A DNA stretch of 64,000 nt from Octopus bimaculoides (GCF_001194135.2 NC_068983.1:19975366-20039365); one strand, 5' to 3'; numbered from the stretch's first letter, positions 37,086-50,319 are shown. Notes: generated by a model not told the origin, from the letters alone. Numbers and translations are program-made.

Positions 37086-37980
37086 TATATATACATACAT
37101 ACATACATACATACGTACATAAAACGCATCCATAAAACAAACATACAAATCTGCGCATACACTAACACCAAATACTGCACACACACATGCACAAATACCT
37201 AGATGATGTTGATAAAAGTTCCAGTGAAGGAGACTTGAATCTATGTTAGAGTCCGGCTCTTTCTCTATGGACAAGAAATACAGAAATGAAACTGATTGAT
37301 AATATACATACACACACACATGCATACATACATACATACATACATACATATTTATATATANNNNNNNNNNNNNNNNNNNNNNNNNNNNNNNNNNNNNNNN
37401 NNNNNNNNNNNNNNNNNNNNNNNNNNNNNNNNNNNNNNNNNNNNNNNNNNNNNNNNNNNNNNNNNNNNNNNNNNNNNNNNTATATATATATATATATACA
37501 TTTATATATATGCATATATATATGCATATATGTGTACATGTATAAGGGTGTGTGTACTTTTATTTTGAACGTGTAGCTGATGACTACAATATTGACTCAG
37601 CTACCCACCACCAACACCACCACAATCTCCAATAGTAACCACCTTCTCACAAACACATTAGGGCCAAAAATCAATAGATTTCATCTAAGGTTATTGCATG
37701 ACGATGTCTCATGTGATCATATTAACGACACAACTATGTAGGTGAAATTATATTTATTGATTATAACAATATAATGCGGAAGGCATCCGTAACAAATTTG
37801 ATCACACTAATGGCCGGATTCAGTGGGGCTTTGTCACTCGTAATAGTATCATAAGGTAGGCAATATGTTTCTTCTTCAGTAAGTTATTATATAGTCTCAG
37901 CAGTGAATTATTTAAACTGTATATTTAGATATTAAAGTGAGGTTCAGCATTAAATGTATGCCATGTATGCCGAATTGGGG

Positions 37981-38262
37981 AGGCGCGTGGAGGCGTGTGG
38001 AGACGCGTGTAGGCGCGTGGCTTAGTGGTTGGGGTGTCAGCATCATAATCGTAGGATTGTGGTTTCGATTCCTGGACCGGGCGACGCGTAGTGTTCTTGA
38101 GCAAAACACTTCATTCCACGTTGCTCCAGTCCACTCAGCTGGCAAAAATGAGTAACGCTGCGATGGACTGGCGTCCAGTCCAGCTAGGGAACACATACGC
38201 CATTGAAACCGGGAAACCGGGCCCATGAGTCTGGCTAGACTTTAAAAGGGCGCATTTATTTA
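37981..38262 (+). mobile_element. SINE family B, full length, with 4x reiterated 5' decamer
   Basis: GGCGCGTGGCTTAGTGGTT (A box), GGTTTCGATTCC (B box), TGTTCTTGAGCAAAACACTTCATTCCACGTTGCTCCAGTCCACTCAGCTG core, and tail ending AAAAGGGCGCATTTA. Confidence 0.92.
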
Positions 38263-39782
38263 TGTTATTATGTGTGCCGAATTAGGTAGATTGAAACTTT
38301 GAGTAAGACTTTCATATGTATTTATGTATGTATGCATGTACGTATGCATGTATGAATGAATGTATGTATGAATGAATGAATTAATGAATGAATGTATGTG
38401 CGTATGCATGTATGTAGGAATGTATTATGTGCTTATGTATGCATGTAGGAATGTTTTATGTGCCTATATAGTTAGGAAGAATGGCAGGCATGCAGGTAAG
38501 TAGGCAGGCACGTAGGTAGGTAGGTAGGTAGGTAGGTAGGTAGGTAGGTAGGTAGGTAGGTAGGTAGGTAGGTAGGTAGGTACGCAAGTAGAACAGTCAC
38601 AGTCACATATGTGGGTTAACTTGATTTCCCAGGAGTACTGGAGGTACCCGTTAATTTTGATAAAGTTGTGTGGTAGGCAGTTCTTCGAGGAAAAAGATAC
38701 CCTAATATAAAACATGCAGTCATTTTGCAACGCTTGTCAACGGAGCCTAGCAATGGCGACCCAGAGAATAAGAAAAGTGTTGTACAGGCTTTTGTTACTT
38801 AAATCCAATGGCATACAAAATTTCACACTCATTTCTGAAAGTGAGACAGCTGTCATGTGACAAGATGAGGAACGTATGTCTGCATGCATGCATACATGTA
38901 TGTATGTATGCGTGTATGTATGCATGTTTATATAAACATAAGTATGCATATATAAATATAAATACATATGTGTGTGTGTGTGTGTGTGTATTTGTGTCGA
39001 AAAAGTGAACGAATTATTAACTTTGGTCAGTTGTCGAAACATGAAATTATCGTAATATCGCTTTGTTACTAGTTTTTTTCTCTGATTCATGAATGCGTAA
39101 CTGTTTTTCTTCTGTTCTTCATTACCTCATCCTCTCTATATCAATGCAGAACAAGCTTACACATAGATATTGTTGAAGGTAGAGTCATGCAGTATTGTTC
39201 TAAAGATCGAAAGAGCAAACATTCCGAATGTTTGAAGAAATGTACAGACAGAAAACCCCTCTTCACTGCGTTTTTGCTATTTCGCTTCGTATTTCTTTCT
39301 CCAACTCACAGTCTTATATTTTCCCTCAAGTTAATTTTCTACACTGATATTGCCTTTCTATCTTTCTGTCACTATTCTTTACTCTGTAGTTTCACCGTTT
39401 CTCCTGATTTTCTCTCTCACTGTCTACAACTTTTTCCAACAGCATCTTCCTCCCTTCTTACTTCTCTTCAAACATCCCTCTTCCGTTTTTGTGCAATGAA
39501 CTGTTCAGCAGATGTACGTTTTTCCCACCCTGGGTATTTTTTTGCCTCATGTCTAAGACTAATGTCAAAATATATATCGTTTTTTCCTCCTGTGTTGTCA
39601 CCGACATCATTATGCATGACTATCCATATAGTTTACTAACCATGATTTGGCGAAGTTTCGACAAACTGAATCCTGAGAGTGAAAAATCATTTACAACCAA
39701 GGCATAAAATCTTGAAAACTGAATTCGAGTGCAGCATCGACTTGAGCCACGGAAATGATCTAATCTCTTTTGGATGCAGTAA

Positions 39783-40085
39783 GATCAGAGATTCAGTATT
39801 ATATCAAAATGGAGTACGTACCAGAGAATAAAACTTGATGGCTCGGAAATCCTTTATTGTCCATCCTATGCAATTTCAGAACTTCACCTATCGAAACCTG
39901 GTAGGAAACTTCTAACATATATAGAAGAGAATATAAGAGATATGTACAGTCAGTCGTCTGATACCCATCTAGATGTTCCCTTAAATCCAAACATTCGTAG
40001 GGCCTTGAGCTCTACGGCGAGTAGCGAAGTTCTACATTCTATCGATATGGTTGTAAAGGAGGATCCAAAAGTGGCCCTTAAGTAA
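39783..40085 (+). CDS. Candidate coding exon of an unidentified gene (100-codon open frame without Met start)
   Basis: DQRFSIISKWSTYQRIKLDGSEILYCPSYAISELHLSKPGRKLLTYIEENIRDMYSQSSDTHLDVPLNPNIRRALSSTASSEVLHSIDMVVKEDPKVALK*. The composition is globular and non-repetitive. Acceptors are TTTCAG|39880 (best) or 39784/39789/39797, and the donor AA|GTAAGC at 40082 coincides with the end of the frame. Confidence 0.5.
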   Translation, partial: DQRFSIISKWSTYQRIKLDGSEILYCPSYAISELHLSKPGRKLLTYIEENIRDMYSQSSDTHLDVPLNPNIRRALSSTASSEVLHSIDMVVKEDPKVALK

Positions 40086-40704
40086 GCAATTACATATCGG
40101 GCATGACTGACGATGTCTGACCTGGCGCCACTTGGGACTTTGGGTGAAATATTTGCGCCTAATATTTACGGAAGGCTATGCGATACGGAACAGAAGAAAT
40201 CATCCCTTAGCTTTATTCTGTAGTAGTAAAATAATTTGGGCGTGGGGTCCAACAAATATATGTCGATGCGAATTGTTTCTTGGGCCCATTAAATTACGTA
40301 TGCGTGCGTGTGCAAGTGCCTGTGTGTCCGTGTGTGTGTATGTGCTTCTATGTAGTGTAAGCTTACTTGTTCCTCTTGCTGAACTTCTACGTGAGTGTGT
40401 GTGTGTATATATCTATATGTGTATTTGTGTATGTGTGAACGAAATTAATAAAGAATAAATAAATATTGACAGAATCAGGTGCAAATCATGTACATATTAT
40501 ATAATCGTCAAAATATGTTATTACTGTGATATCAAATATCAACTACCTACAGTATCTTATACATAATATTTCCATCTGCTTTCTTGACAATTTCCCCTCC
40601 TGTGTTTACTTAGCATGTACTCACAGATACACACTCATACATATAGATATGGCTTACATACATACAATATATACTTACATAGATTACATACAAATATTCA
40701 TACA

Positions 40705-40735
<31 letters not shown>

Positions 40736-41090
40736 GACTACTATTCAGGAACTGATATCGATATAGTTGCCTATTTCCTCCATCAATGTAGTTGATCATA
40801 TCCCTGAAATAGCAAATATATCTTCTGTCCTCTCAACGTGATAAATATTGCAGAAATCCTTGTTACCAACGGAAGAAAACCCCAACATACAATAAATACA
40901 TAAATACACATACCGAAGCACAACGGTTTTTCCTATCTAAGGTGTTCTTTTTTTAAACCTGGTACCAGTATTTACACACTATTAACTATAGCCTTATCTG
41001 CTTCAGGATTCACCATTCCCCAAATGAATATGCATATGTGCGTGGAAGCGTTGCGTTGAGGGATTGTGTTTATATGTGCATTTGCATATT

Positions 41091-41131
<41 letters not shown>

Positions 41132-41785
41132 NNNNNNNNNNNNNNNNNNNNNNNNNNNNNNNNNNNNNNNNNNNNNNNNNNNNNNNNNNNNNNNNNNNNN
41201 NNNNNNNNNNNNNNNNNNNNNNNNNNNNNNNNNNNNNNNNNNNNNNNNNNNNNNNNNNNNNNNNNNNNNNNNNNNNNNNNNNNNNNNNNNNNNNNNNNNN
41301 NNNNNNNNNNNNNNNNNNNNNNNNNNNNNNNNNNNNNNNNNNNNNNNNNNNNNNNNNNNNNNNNNNNNNNNNNNNNNNNNNNNNNNNNNNNNNNNNNNNN
41401 NNNNNNNNNNNNNNNNNNNNNNNNNNNNNNNNNNNNNNNNNNNNNNNNNNNNNNNNNNNNNNNNNNNNNNNNNNNNNNNNNNNNNNNNNNNNNNNNNNNN
41501 NNNNNNNNNNNNNNNNNNNNNNNNNNNNNNNNNNNNNNNNNNNNNNNNNNNNNNNNNNNNNNNNNNNNNNNNNNNNNNNNNNNNNNNNNNNNNNNNNNNN
41601 NNNNNNNNNNNNNNNNNNNNNNNNNNNNNNNNNNNNNNNNNNNNNNNNNNNNNNNNNNNNNNNNNNNNNNNNNNNNNNNNNNNNNNNNNNNNNNNNNNNN
41701 NNNNNNNNNNNNNNNNNNNNNNNNNNNNNNNNNNNNNNNNNNNNNNNNNNNNNNNNNNNNNNNNNNNNNNNNNNNNNNNNNNNNN

Positions 41786-41840
<55 letters not shown>

Positions 41841-43563
41841 TATATATCTATATAAGATATATGTAGCCGTAATATATGCACGTATAAATACAATCCCTTC
41901 ACACCCCCACTCACAAATATGTTTGTGTGTGGGGAAGGTGTCATTTAGTTATGAGGATTCTGAAGAATTAACGCTCATCCACCTGTAAGATGTCAGAAAT
42001 AGCTAAGTACGACAGAGCTCACATTGAAGCACATCAACGCTGAAGACTCAAAAAGTGGGCAAAATATTGTAGATATGAAAGTACAAAAAACTTAATTGAT
42101 TGCCATTGCTCCTACTCGCCACGAGGTCATTGTGTAACGTTGATATCAAAAAGTAAACATTACGCCATTTGTATATTTTGCTTGCTTCCAAATGCTGGAA
42201 ATTTTTCGTTTTGTGCAAAGTCATGCTAAGTGTTTTGGGTGTGGGCGCGCTCATACGTAACGTTTATTTTCTTGAGATCTTGAGATCTGCTTCACTACTT
42301 TATGTCTTCTACGCTCTTTTTCTTCCGCGGGATATTTCTACCTTTACCGTTCGGAACATCTACAAACTCTCAAGATCCACGCACATCAGATGTTCGGGTA
42401 TACGCCCTCTACTCTGTAGCAAGATGCAATTAATTTCTCTTCTCCTCAACCTTTTTGCTACCACAAAATATCACATCGGGGAACAAGAAATGTTATCTTT
42501 CTCCAGAGCCCTTCAAATATAAAACATATTTCTATTAGAATTTCATCCTATTTTATGTGTTCCATATTAAATCATGATTAATATATATAAAGTATAAAGA
42601 CAGATTTTCTAAAGAAACAGCGTAAAGATAATCAATAAACAGTCTGAAAAGCTTCTCCTGTAAGGAAAGCCTTTTCAAAGTATTCGTCACGAATTATAAA
42701 TCTAAATTATTAGAGATAATATGCTAATATGATTAACATGCATTAATTAGCAACCAGATAATTCACCAGAAAGCTATTTCTACATATTCAGCACCCGGGC
42801 AGCAATGGTTTACTAGTTTAGGTTCATATATTACTTCATACACACAACCAAACACATACACTATATTATGTGTATAAGTTGATAGGTTTACAAATATATA
42901 TATATGTAAATATATATATATATATANNNNNNNNNNNNNNNNNNNNNNNNNNNNNNNNNNNNNNNNNNNNNNNNNNNNNNNNNNNNNNNNNNNNNNNNNN
43001 NNNNNNNNNNNNNNNNNNNNNNNNNNNNNNNNNNNNNNNNNNNNNNNNNNNNNNNNNNNNNNNNNNNNNNNNNNNNNNNNNNNNNNNNNNNNNNNNNNNN
43101 NNNNNNNNNNNNNNNNNNNNNNNNNNNNNNNNNNNNNNNNNNNNNNNNNNNNNNNNNNNNNNNNNNNNNNNNNNNNNNNNNNNNNNNNNNNNNNNNNNNN
43201 NNNNNNNNNNNNNNNNNNNNNNNNNNNNNNNNNNNNNNNNNNNNNNNNNNNNNNNNNNNNNNNNNNNNNNNNNNNNNNNNNNNNNNNNNNNNNNNNNNNN
43301 NNNNNNNNNNNNNNNNNNNNNNNNNNNNNNNNNNNNNNNNNNNNNNNNNNNNNNNNNNNNNNNNNNNNNNNNNNNNNNNNNNNNNNNNNNNNNNNNNNNN
43401 NNNNNNNNNNNNNNNNNNNNNNNNNNNNNNNNNNNNNNNNNNNNNNNNNNNNNNNNNNNNNNNNNNNNNNNNNNNNNNNNNNNNNNNNNNNNNNNNNNNN
43501 NNNNNNNNNNNNNNNNNNNNNNNNNNNNNNNNNNNNNNNNNNNNNNNNNNNNNNNNNNNNNNN

Positions 43564-43622
<59 letters not shown>

Positions 43623-44486
43623 TATACACGCACGCGCGCGCACACACATACGTATACTGTATATATGTGTAACATACGAAATTTCAAGCTATTACTAATA
43701 TCCATATAACACCAGAATTGTCTGTGAAGCTATGTGTTTGTATGTGTGTGTGCATGTGTGTGTGTGTATGCGTGTGTTTGTGTGTGTGAGTGCGCGCGTG
43801 TGTGTGCGTGCGTGTGTGCTTCAGTGTTTCAGCTTATTCGTCTATATGCATTTACTTATGATCACAGTGTCTTTTAAGAAACTGTACTTCACACATGATG
43901 TAAATCTTCTTAGAACATTCATGTTTTCAATAATCTTTTCTTAGATCAACTTCTAAGCTCTTGTATTGAAAATGTGTGGAAATATACGAAGCGGCATTCA
44001 CTAATTGATATATATCTTAGAGTACATAAATCTATTTTCCGTATACCATTTATTCCAAGATTTCCTAAGCCTCGTGTTCTTAGAAACTTGTTATTGCACT
44101 CTGGAATTAGGTTTCATTTGCAAAATGTTAACGTTCTCTTAATTTATGCTGAAGCTGCGTATGCGACTGTCACTGCATTTATTTATTAAGTATGTCTTGT
44201 GTGCAAGTGTATAAGCGCCATCAACATCAGATGTATACATATATGCCTGTGTATGTATTTGTGTATGTATGCATATATTCATATGTATGTTCTTATAATT
44301 GTTTTTATATATATTTTATTGTACCTTGCGATACGTCAATAATAAACACGCACTGGTGCAATCTCCGTTCTTTACTATTAATCAACCGGTTAGTTATTTA
44401 ACAAAAAATGTAATCGAGTACTTGTTTCATCCTTTTATAATCAATCAGATTGCGTGATTTGAAAAAGACCTAGAAATAAGAGCGTA

Positions 44487-44690
44487 CGATTGGGGGCTGA
44501 AAAGTTCTGGCTGAAAGTTTACAGAGGTTGAAGGCCCAAACTTCCGAATTTTTTTCCAGGGCTTAGAAAAACTGAAGGACCGCTGCAATAAGTGGGTGTA
44601 TCTGAAAGGGGAATATGTTGAATAAAATCATAATTGACTGATCCTCTTGTATTTTCTTTTACCCGAAACCAGGAACTTTTAGTTAGTTTC
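44487..44690 (+). mobile_element. Mariner-derived MITE retaining the transposase C-terminus
   Basis: The left end TA-CGATTGGGGGCTGAAAAGTTCTGG pairs with the right-end CCAGGAACTTTTAG. The internal FFQGLEKLKDRCNKWVYLKGEYVE* (44551-44625) is the typical mariner C-terminus. Confidence 0.85.
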
Positions 44691-44734
44691 TTCATTGACT
44701 AATAATAAAGAAGGGTAATTGAGCCAGTGCATGC

Positions 44735-44890
44735 GTTTATTACTGACATTATGACCTTCCAAGAAACGATAAAATTTGTTTCAGCACAGAAAAATATTGA
44801 CTTTAATAGGATTTGAACTCAGAAAGTGAAAGGCCACAATAAATACCACAAGGAATTATATTTGATGCTCTACTGAGTCCGCCAATTCAC
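44735..44890 (-). mobile_element. SINE family A, heavily degenerate
   Basis: GGATTTGAACTCAGAAAGTGAAAGG...AAATACCACAAGG...TTGATGCTCTACTGAGTCCGCCA. Confidence 0.5.
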
Positions 44891-45640
44891 AGATCGGAAT
44901 TTCTCAAAACATCTTGCAAAACCAAATGAAAAGGCGAAATATTCATATAAATAATTATATTTAAAAACAGCCAAAACATTTGAAGAAGCATTCGATACCT
45001 TTCATAAAGTAATATGTTGATTTTATTGTTGCAGCGAAAATATTGCTAATTACCTTGAAATTTCTGCTTAGAAGTCATGATCAAACTGTAAATGCAAATT
45101 GTTTTCCAAGGTTGACATATATTTTAATTATGAGCAATTTCCAAATACTGTCATTTTTTTCTATGAACCATACATTTATACCAAGTTTTTGCTACAATAC
45201 GCATATCGTTTCATCAGATTAAAGCTTAAAATTTACCCCAACAAAGAAGGAAATAAAACGATAACAATAAATAATCACATATCTATAAGGATTTCTTTTT
45301 ACATGCCACAAAATACACTATCATATCATAGCTAATTTGCTGGCACATTGCTCCACTCATAAGAAATATTTCTAGCAAATATATAAAAGATTTAGAAATC
45401 TAATGGTGTAGTCTGATGCTTGGCTATTTAGCTGAATCTTCGATCTTCGAGGCGGCTGTCAAATATTTTCTTGTAACAGTCATAAACACAGGCATGCACG
45501 TACACACACACACACACACACATTCGTAAGTTGTCCGTAATTCTGAAAATTAGCAATCTAAAACAAACTTTTTTTCCTGAATAGTAGTATTTTATGTATT
45601 TCTATATGCATATGTGTGTGTGGGGGGGGTGTATGTATGC

Positions 45641-45673
<33 letters not shown>

Positions 45674-45744
45674 TGTATGTGTGTATAATTAGAGATATAT
45701 GATGTATTTTATAAATATGATTATCCAAGTAACATGAAAGCATG

Positions 45745-45925
45745 TACCTATTACTCTTTTACACTTACTTGTTTCTGTCATTTGACTGCAGCCATGCTGT
45801 AGCACCGCCTTTATTCTTTGTAAGTCTAGTACTTATTCTATCGGTGTATTTTGCCGAACCTCTAAGTTACGGGGATGTAAACACACCAGCATCGGTTGTC
45901 AAGCGATGTCGAGGGAGAAACACTG
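45745..45925 (-). mobile_element. SINE family C, tail (remainder in gap)
   Basis: TTGTTTCTGTCATTTGACTGCAGCCATGCTGTAGCACCGCC...TAGTACTTATTCTATCGG...GTTACGGGGATGTAAACACACCAGCATCGGTTGTCAAGCG. Confidence 0.85.
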
Positions 45926-45944
45926 ATACGGAAACATATACACG

Positions 45945-45978
<34 letters not shown>

Positions 45979-47436
45979 NNNNNNNNNNNNNNNNNNNNNN
46001 NNNNNNNNNNNNNNNNNNNNNNNNNNNNNNNNNNNNNNNNNNNNNNNNNNNNNNNNNNNNNNNNNNNNNNNNNNNNNNNNNNNNNNNNNNNNNNNNNNNN
46101 NNNNNNNNNNNNNNNNNNNNNNNNNNNNNNNNNNNNNNNNNNNNNNNNNNNNNNNNNNNNNNNNNNNNNNNNNNNNNNNNNNNNNNNNNNNNNNNNNNNN
46201 NNNNNNNNNNNNNNNNNNNNNNNNNNNNNNNNNNNNNNNNNNNNNNNNNNNNNNNNNNNNNNNNNNNNNNNNNNNNNNNNNNNNNNNNNNNNNNNNNNNN
46301 NNNNNNNNNNNNNNNNNNNNNNNNNNNNNNNNNNNNNNNNNNNNNNNNNNNNNNNNNNNNNNNNNNNNNNNNNNNNNNNNNNNNNNNNNNNNNNNNNNNN
46401 NNNNNNNNNNNNNNNNNNNNNNNNNNNNNNNNNNNNNNNNNNNNNNNNNNNNNNNNNNNNNNNNNNNNNNNNNNNNNNNNNNNNNNNNNNNNNNNNNNNN
46501 NNNNNNNNNNNNNNNNNNNNNNNNNNNNNNNNNNNNNNNNNNNNNNNNNNNNNNNNNNNNNNNNNNNNNNNNNNNNNNNNNNNNNNNNNNNNNNNNNNNN
46601 NNNNNNNNNNNNNNNNNNNNNNNNNNNNNNNNNNNNNNNNNNNNNNNNNNNNNNNNNNNNNNNNNNNNNNNNNNNNNNNNNNNNNNNNNNNNNNNNNNNN
46701 NNNNNNNNNNNNNNNNNNNNNNNNNNNNNNNNNNNNNNNNNNNNATTATATATAAATATGTGCGCGCGCGTGTGTGTGTATGTGTGTGTGTAACGGTGCT
46801 GTGACAGAAACACGTGTTTCTACAAGTCCCTTGCTTCGAGAAAAATACAAGGTCATGCTAACAATTCTCGTTATTAATCAGCAGCTGTCTTTGCTTGCCG
46901 TTTTTTCCCGATTTTCCACTAGGCATTGGTAATTTGAATGAGGCAAGAAATTATATTGTTTTGTACATGTGTTTCCCTCTTCGCTATTTTGCTCAGTTAT
47001 GTAAAGACATTGTTGTGTGGATAACATCTACTGAAACAGAGAGAGGTGTTCAGATCTGTATCTCACTTCCTTGAAAGAAAAAGACCTTTTTGTCGCTCAA
47101 TCTTTTAGTCTGTTCTCACTTGTTTACTCGGCGTCGATATCAATCACTCTAGATGCATTTGCATTTCTGTTCCTTCTAAGGAAAGATAAGTTCAATATAG
47201 ACAGAATGGTGTCGTATAGCATTTAGTATACACAGCTATTCGTTGTTATTGTGTCTGAATTCATGCTATAAGCCACAGTCTGTTATTCTCATACTTTCGC
47301 TTTACGTTCCAAATGTGCAAATTTACGTAGTCTGTCAAATAGTTCCTACCCTTTTTTTGTTTAAGCTTTAGCCCTATGCTTGGGCAGAATGAGTAAAACA
47401 TAATAGCTATTTATTTAGAAGCTACTGTTCAAGTGT

Positions 47437-47765
47437 GAAGGTGTATGACTCAGTGGTTAGAGTGTCGGGCGTACAATCATGAGGTAGTGAGTTCGATTCC
47501 TGGACCGGGTTGTGTGTTATGTTCTTGAGCAACACACTTTATTTCACGTTGCGCCAGTTCACTTATCTGTAGAAATGAGCTGCGACATTACTGGTGCCAA
47601 GTTGTATCGGTCTTTGTATTTTTCCTTTGGGTAACATCGGTGGTATAGAGCGTGGAGGTTAGTGTGCATGGGCGACTGTTAGTCTTCCATAAACAGCCGT
47701 ACCAGGACTTGTTCCTCAAAAGGTAACTTTCGTGACCGAAGAGAGCGGGGTGTCTTTACCCTTTA
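47437..47765 (+). mobile_element. SINE family B-related element with a different 3' half
   Basis: GACTCAGTGGTTAGAGTGTCGG...GAGTTCGATTCCTGGACCGGG...TGTTCTTGAGCAACACACTTTATTTCACGTTGCGCCAGTTCAC, then an unrelated tail. Confidence 0.8.
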
Positions 47766-47983
47766 CTATTCAAGGTTACTTTTTGATTTCCAGAATGAAA
47801 CAAGCCTTCTTATCGTTGTGCCGTATAAAATTTTGACATTTTTCGTTCATTGATATTTATTTCTTTTCATTTGGACACGGAGGCAATTGCCTCTACATGT
47901 CTGCTTAAATCTCCTCTCACAGACAATAATCTTAAGGCGGGCCTTTCCTCCAGTATAACCTCTTCCATTTGTTGCCTATATCC

Positions 47984-48092
47984 ATGCGACTGGCCAGTCT
48001 GAATTATTTCATTGTGGCCTTTTCTTTATAATTATGCAGTTTATATGCGACTGGCCAATCTGAATTATTTTACTTCGACCTTCTCTTTATAA
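47984..48092. repeat. 61 bp-period tandem duplication
   Basis: ATGCGACTGGCCA.TCTGAATTATTT...CTTTATAAT at 47984 and 48045. Confidence 0.85.
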
Positions 48093-48540
48093 TCAAGCAA
48101 ATAAATTAGCATAAATTATGCTAATCTTTCTAAAATTCATACTAGCAAATCTAGCCATCTACACTGTTAACAAAATGAGGGAGGGCAGTCATAAGAGCAG
48201 TATGTATTGAGAAATATGTAAATGGAGTTGATAAATTGGTGGGTGATGTCTTAGAGAAATTACATTATTGTTGGTGATACAGCATTCTATTGCAGCTATA
48301 TAACATATGTTTGCGACTAAGTGACATACGATGACGATTCACTCCCGAACTGAAATTGGCTCCAAGATTCTCACTACACAGCCAGAAATACCTGGACATT
48401 GTGATCCTAAAAAACGCCTCTGGTTTTATATATAATTTAAGTTAGTTGATCAGTAATTTTATCTGCTTTACATATGTACTATAAAAGTGTTAGAGCAAAC
48501 ACGCTGGCGCGCACACACTCTCTCGAGTAGACATACACAT

Positions 48541-48660
48541 CTCTGTCGAAGAGCGTAGGTGCGATACGTTAAATATTTTCCTTTCTCCCCGGGCGTTAAA
48601 CTAATACACCGGCTTGCTGTTCCAACACCTGTCTTCTCCGTCCTTTGTTTTCTGTGAATC
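48541..48660 (+). mobile_element. Repeat with a degenerate hammerhead-like motif (homologue of 53104-53198, opposite strand)
   Basis: Shared CCCG(A/G)GCGTTAAACT(G/A)AT(G/A)CA...CACCTGTC(C/T)TC. The 5' part reads CTGTCGA-A-GAGC-GTAG-GTGC-GATA-CGTT. Confidence 0.5.
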
Positions 48661-49100
48661 TGAAATATATATATATATATAAAGAAAGAAGGAGAGAGAG
48701 AGAGAGATCAACACATAGAAAATGTCAGTGTGTCGTAAGAGATGACCTTGCAGATCGCACGTTATATATCAATAGCTTAAATAATGATTCAAAACATATT
48801 ATATTCAAACTAATATTGCAGATAAAATGCTCTTTTCACATTTGTGAAGAGAACAGGCAGGTTATATATCTTTCAGCATTGATTGAATAGTTTATGTGAG
48901 AAACGGATAAGTCGAACTATGTGTTATATTTTACTTTCCCCGCCCTCTCTTCCTAATGTTCTAAGTGGTATTTTAAAACTAGTTACACATAGGGGTTGCT
49001 AAACGTTGTGGTTATTAAATGTTGATTCCGTCTTTCCTTAACGTGTTTTAAAATAATCTCCTCCATATTCCATAATGCATGAGGTAAATTACACACACAC

Positions 49101-49152
<52 letters not shown>

Positions 49153-49937
49153 ATATATGCATATGCATATAACTATATATTCATAAACGTTGCATATTTA
49201 TTTATATNNNNNNNNNNNNNNNNNNNNNNNNNNNNNNNNNNNNNNNNNNNNNNNNNNNNNNNNNNNNNNNNNNNNNNNNNNNNNNNNNNNNNNNNNNNNN
49301 NNNNNNNNNNNNNNNNNNNNNNNNNNNNNNNNNNNNNNNNNNNNNNNNNNNNNNNNNNNNNNNNNNNNNNNNNNNNTATATATTTATACATATATATTTG
49401 TATGTACGTTTGTACATATATATATATATATATATATATAGTTATGTACATACAAACGTACACATATGCGCACATTCATACAAGCATGTAAGTACATACA
49501 TACATACATACATACATACATACATACATACATACATACATACATACATACATACATAAAACAATTTATGTGCGTCAAAATTCGTCTTTTATATTTCTTG
49601 TTTTCGAAATCACAAACGAAAATTTGTATTTAACTGTGATAAATGCTTGAAATGATGCCAAGTGTTTATGCGTTTTTCCTTCAACCTTTATCTGCAAATA
49701 CGATTTTGAATCTATAATAGATTATTTCATTCCCTGCTGTTCTTTAATCTCCTTCCTTCTCTAAATGTTCAACCAATTTCAGACTTCTAGACTTGATATA
49801 ACATACTTTTAATGTCATTCAGTCACCCAGTAGCGTTTGCGTTGATTATGTACACGGATGCGTACTCGTTCAGTTATATCCTTCACAATCGCACTCACAA
49901 CTCAAATGCATACAAGCACACGAGCAAGTGTATATAA

Positions 49938-49994
<57 letters not shown>

Positions 49995-50017
49995 CAGATA
50001 GACAGACAGACAGACAG

Positions 50018-50056
<39 letters not shown>

Positions 50057-50165
50057 NNNNNNNNNNNNNNNNNNNNNNNNNNNNNNNNNNNNNNNNNNNN
50101 NNNNNNNNNNNNNNNNNNNNNNNNNNNNNNNNNNNNNNNNNNNNNNNNNNNNNNNNNNNNNNNNN

Positions 50166-50219
<54 letters not shown>

Positions 50220-50280
50220 GGCCGGATAGATAGATAGATATATAGATAGAGAGAGAGAGAGAGAGTGAAATAGTCTTCTG

Positions 50281-50319
<39 letters not shown>

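Noticed and set aside
37573-37604. GTAGCTGATGA...TCAGCTAC as another hammerhead
   Set aside because: Only an 8 bp hairpin containing CTGATGA, with no GAAA or helix II/III.
37990-38080. Functional tRNA genes at SINE heads (also 7638, 35990, 47437, 56786, 63005)
   Set aside because: A/B boxes are present, but no complete cloverleaf with an acceptor stem was found, and each continues into a shared SINE body.
39187-39639. 150-aa ORF
   Set aside because: A pyrimidine-rich strand gives an F/L/S-biased peptide, with no domain or convincing exon structure.
47950-48003. CCLYPC as an insulin A-chain, and 16901 exon as a B-chain
   Set aside because: A stop precedes the required fourth Cys, the segment overlaps a tandem duplication, and the B-chain Cys spacing (C-x8-C) is wrong.
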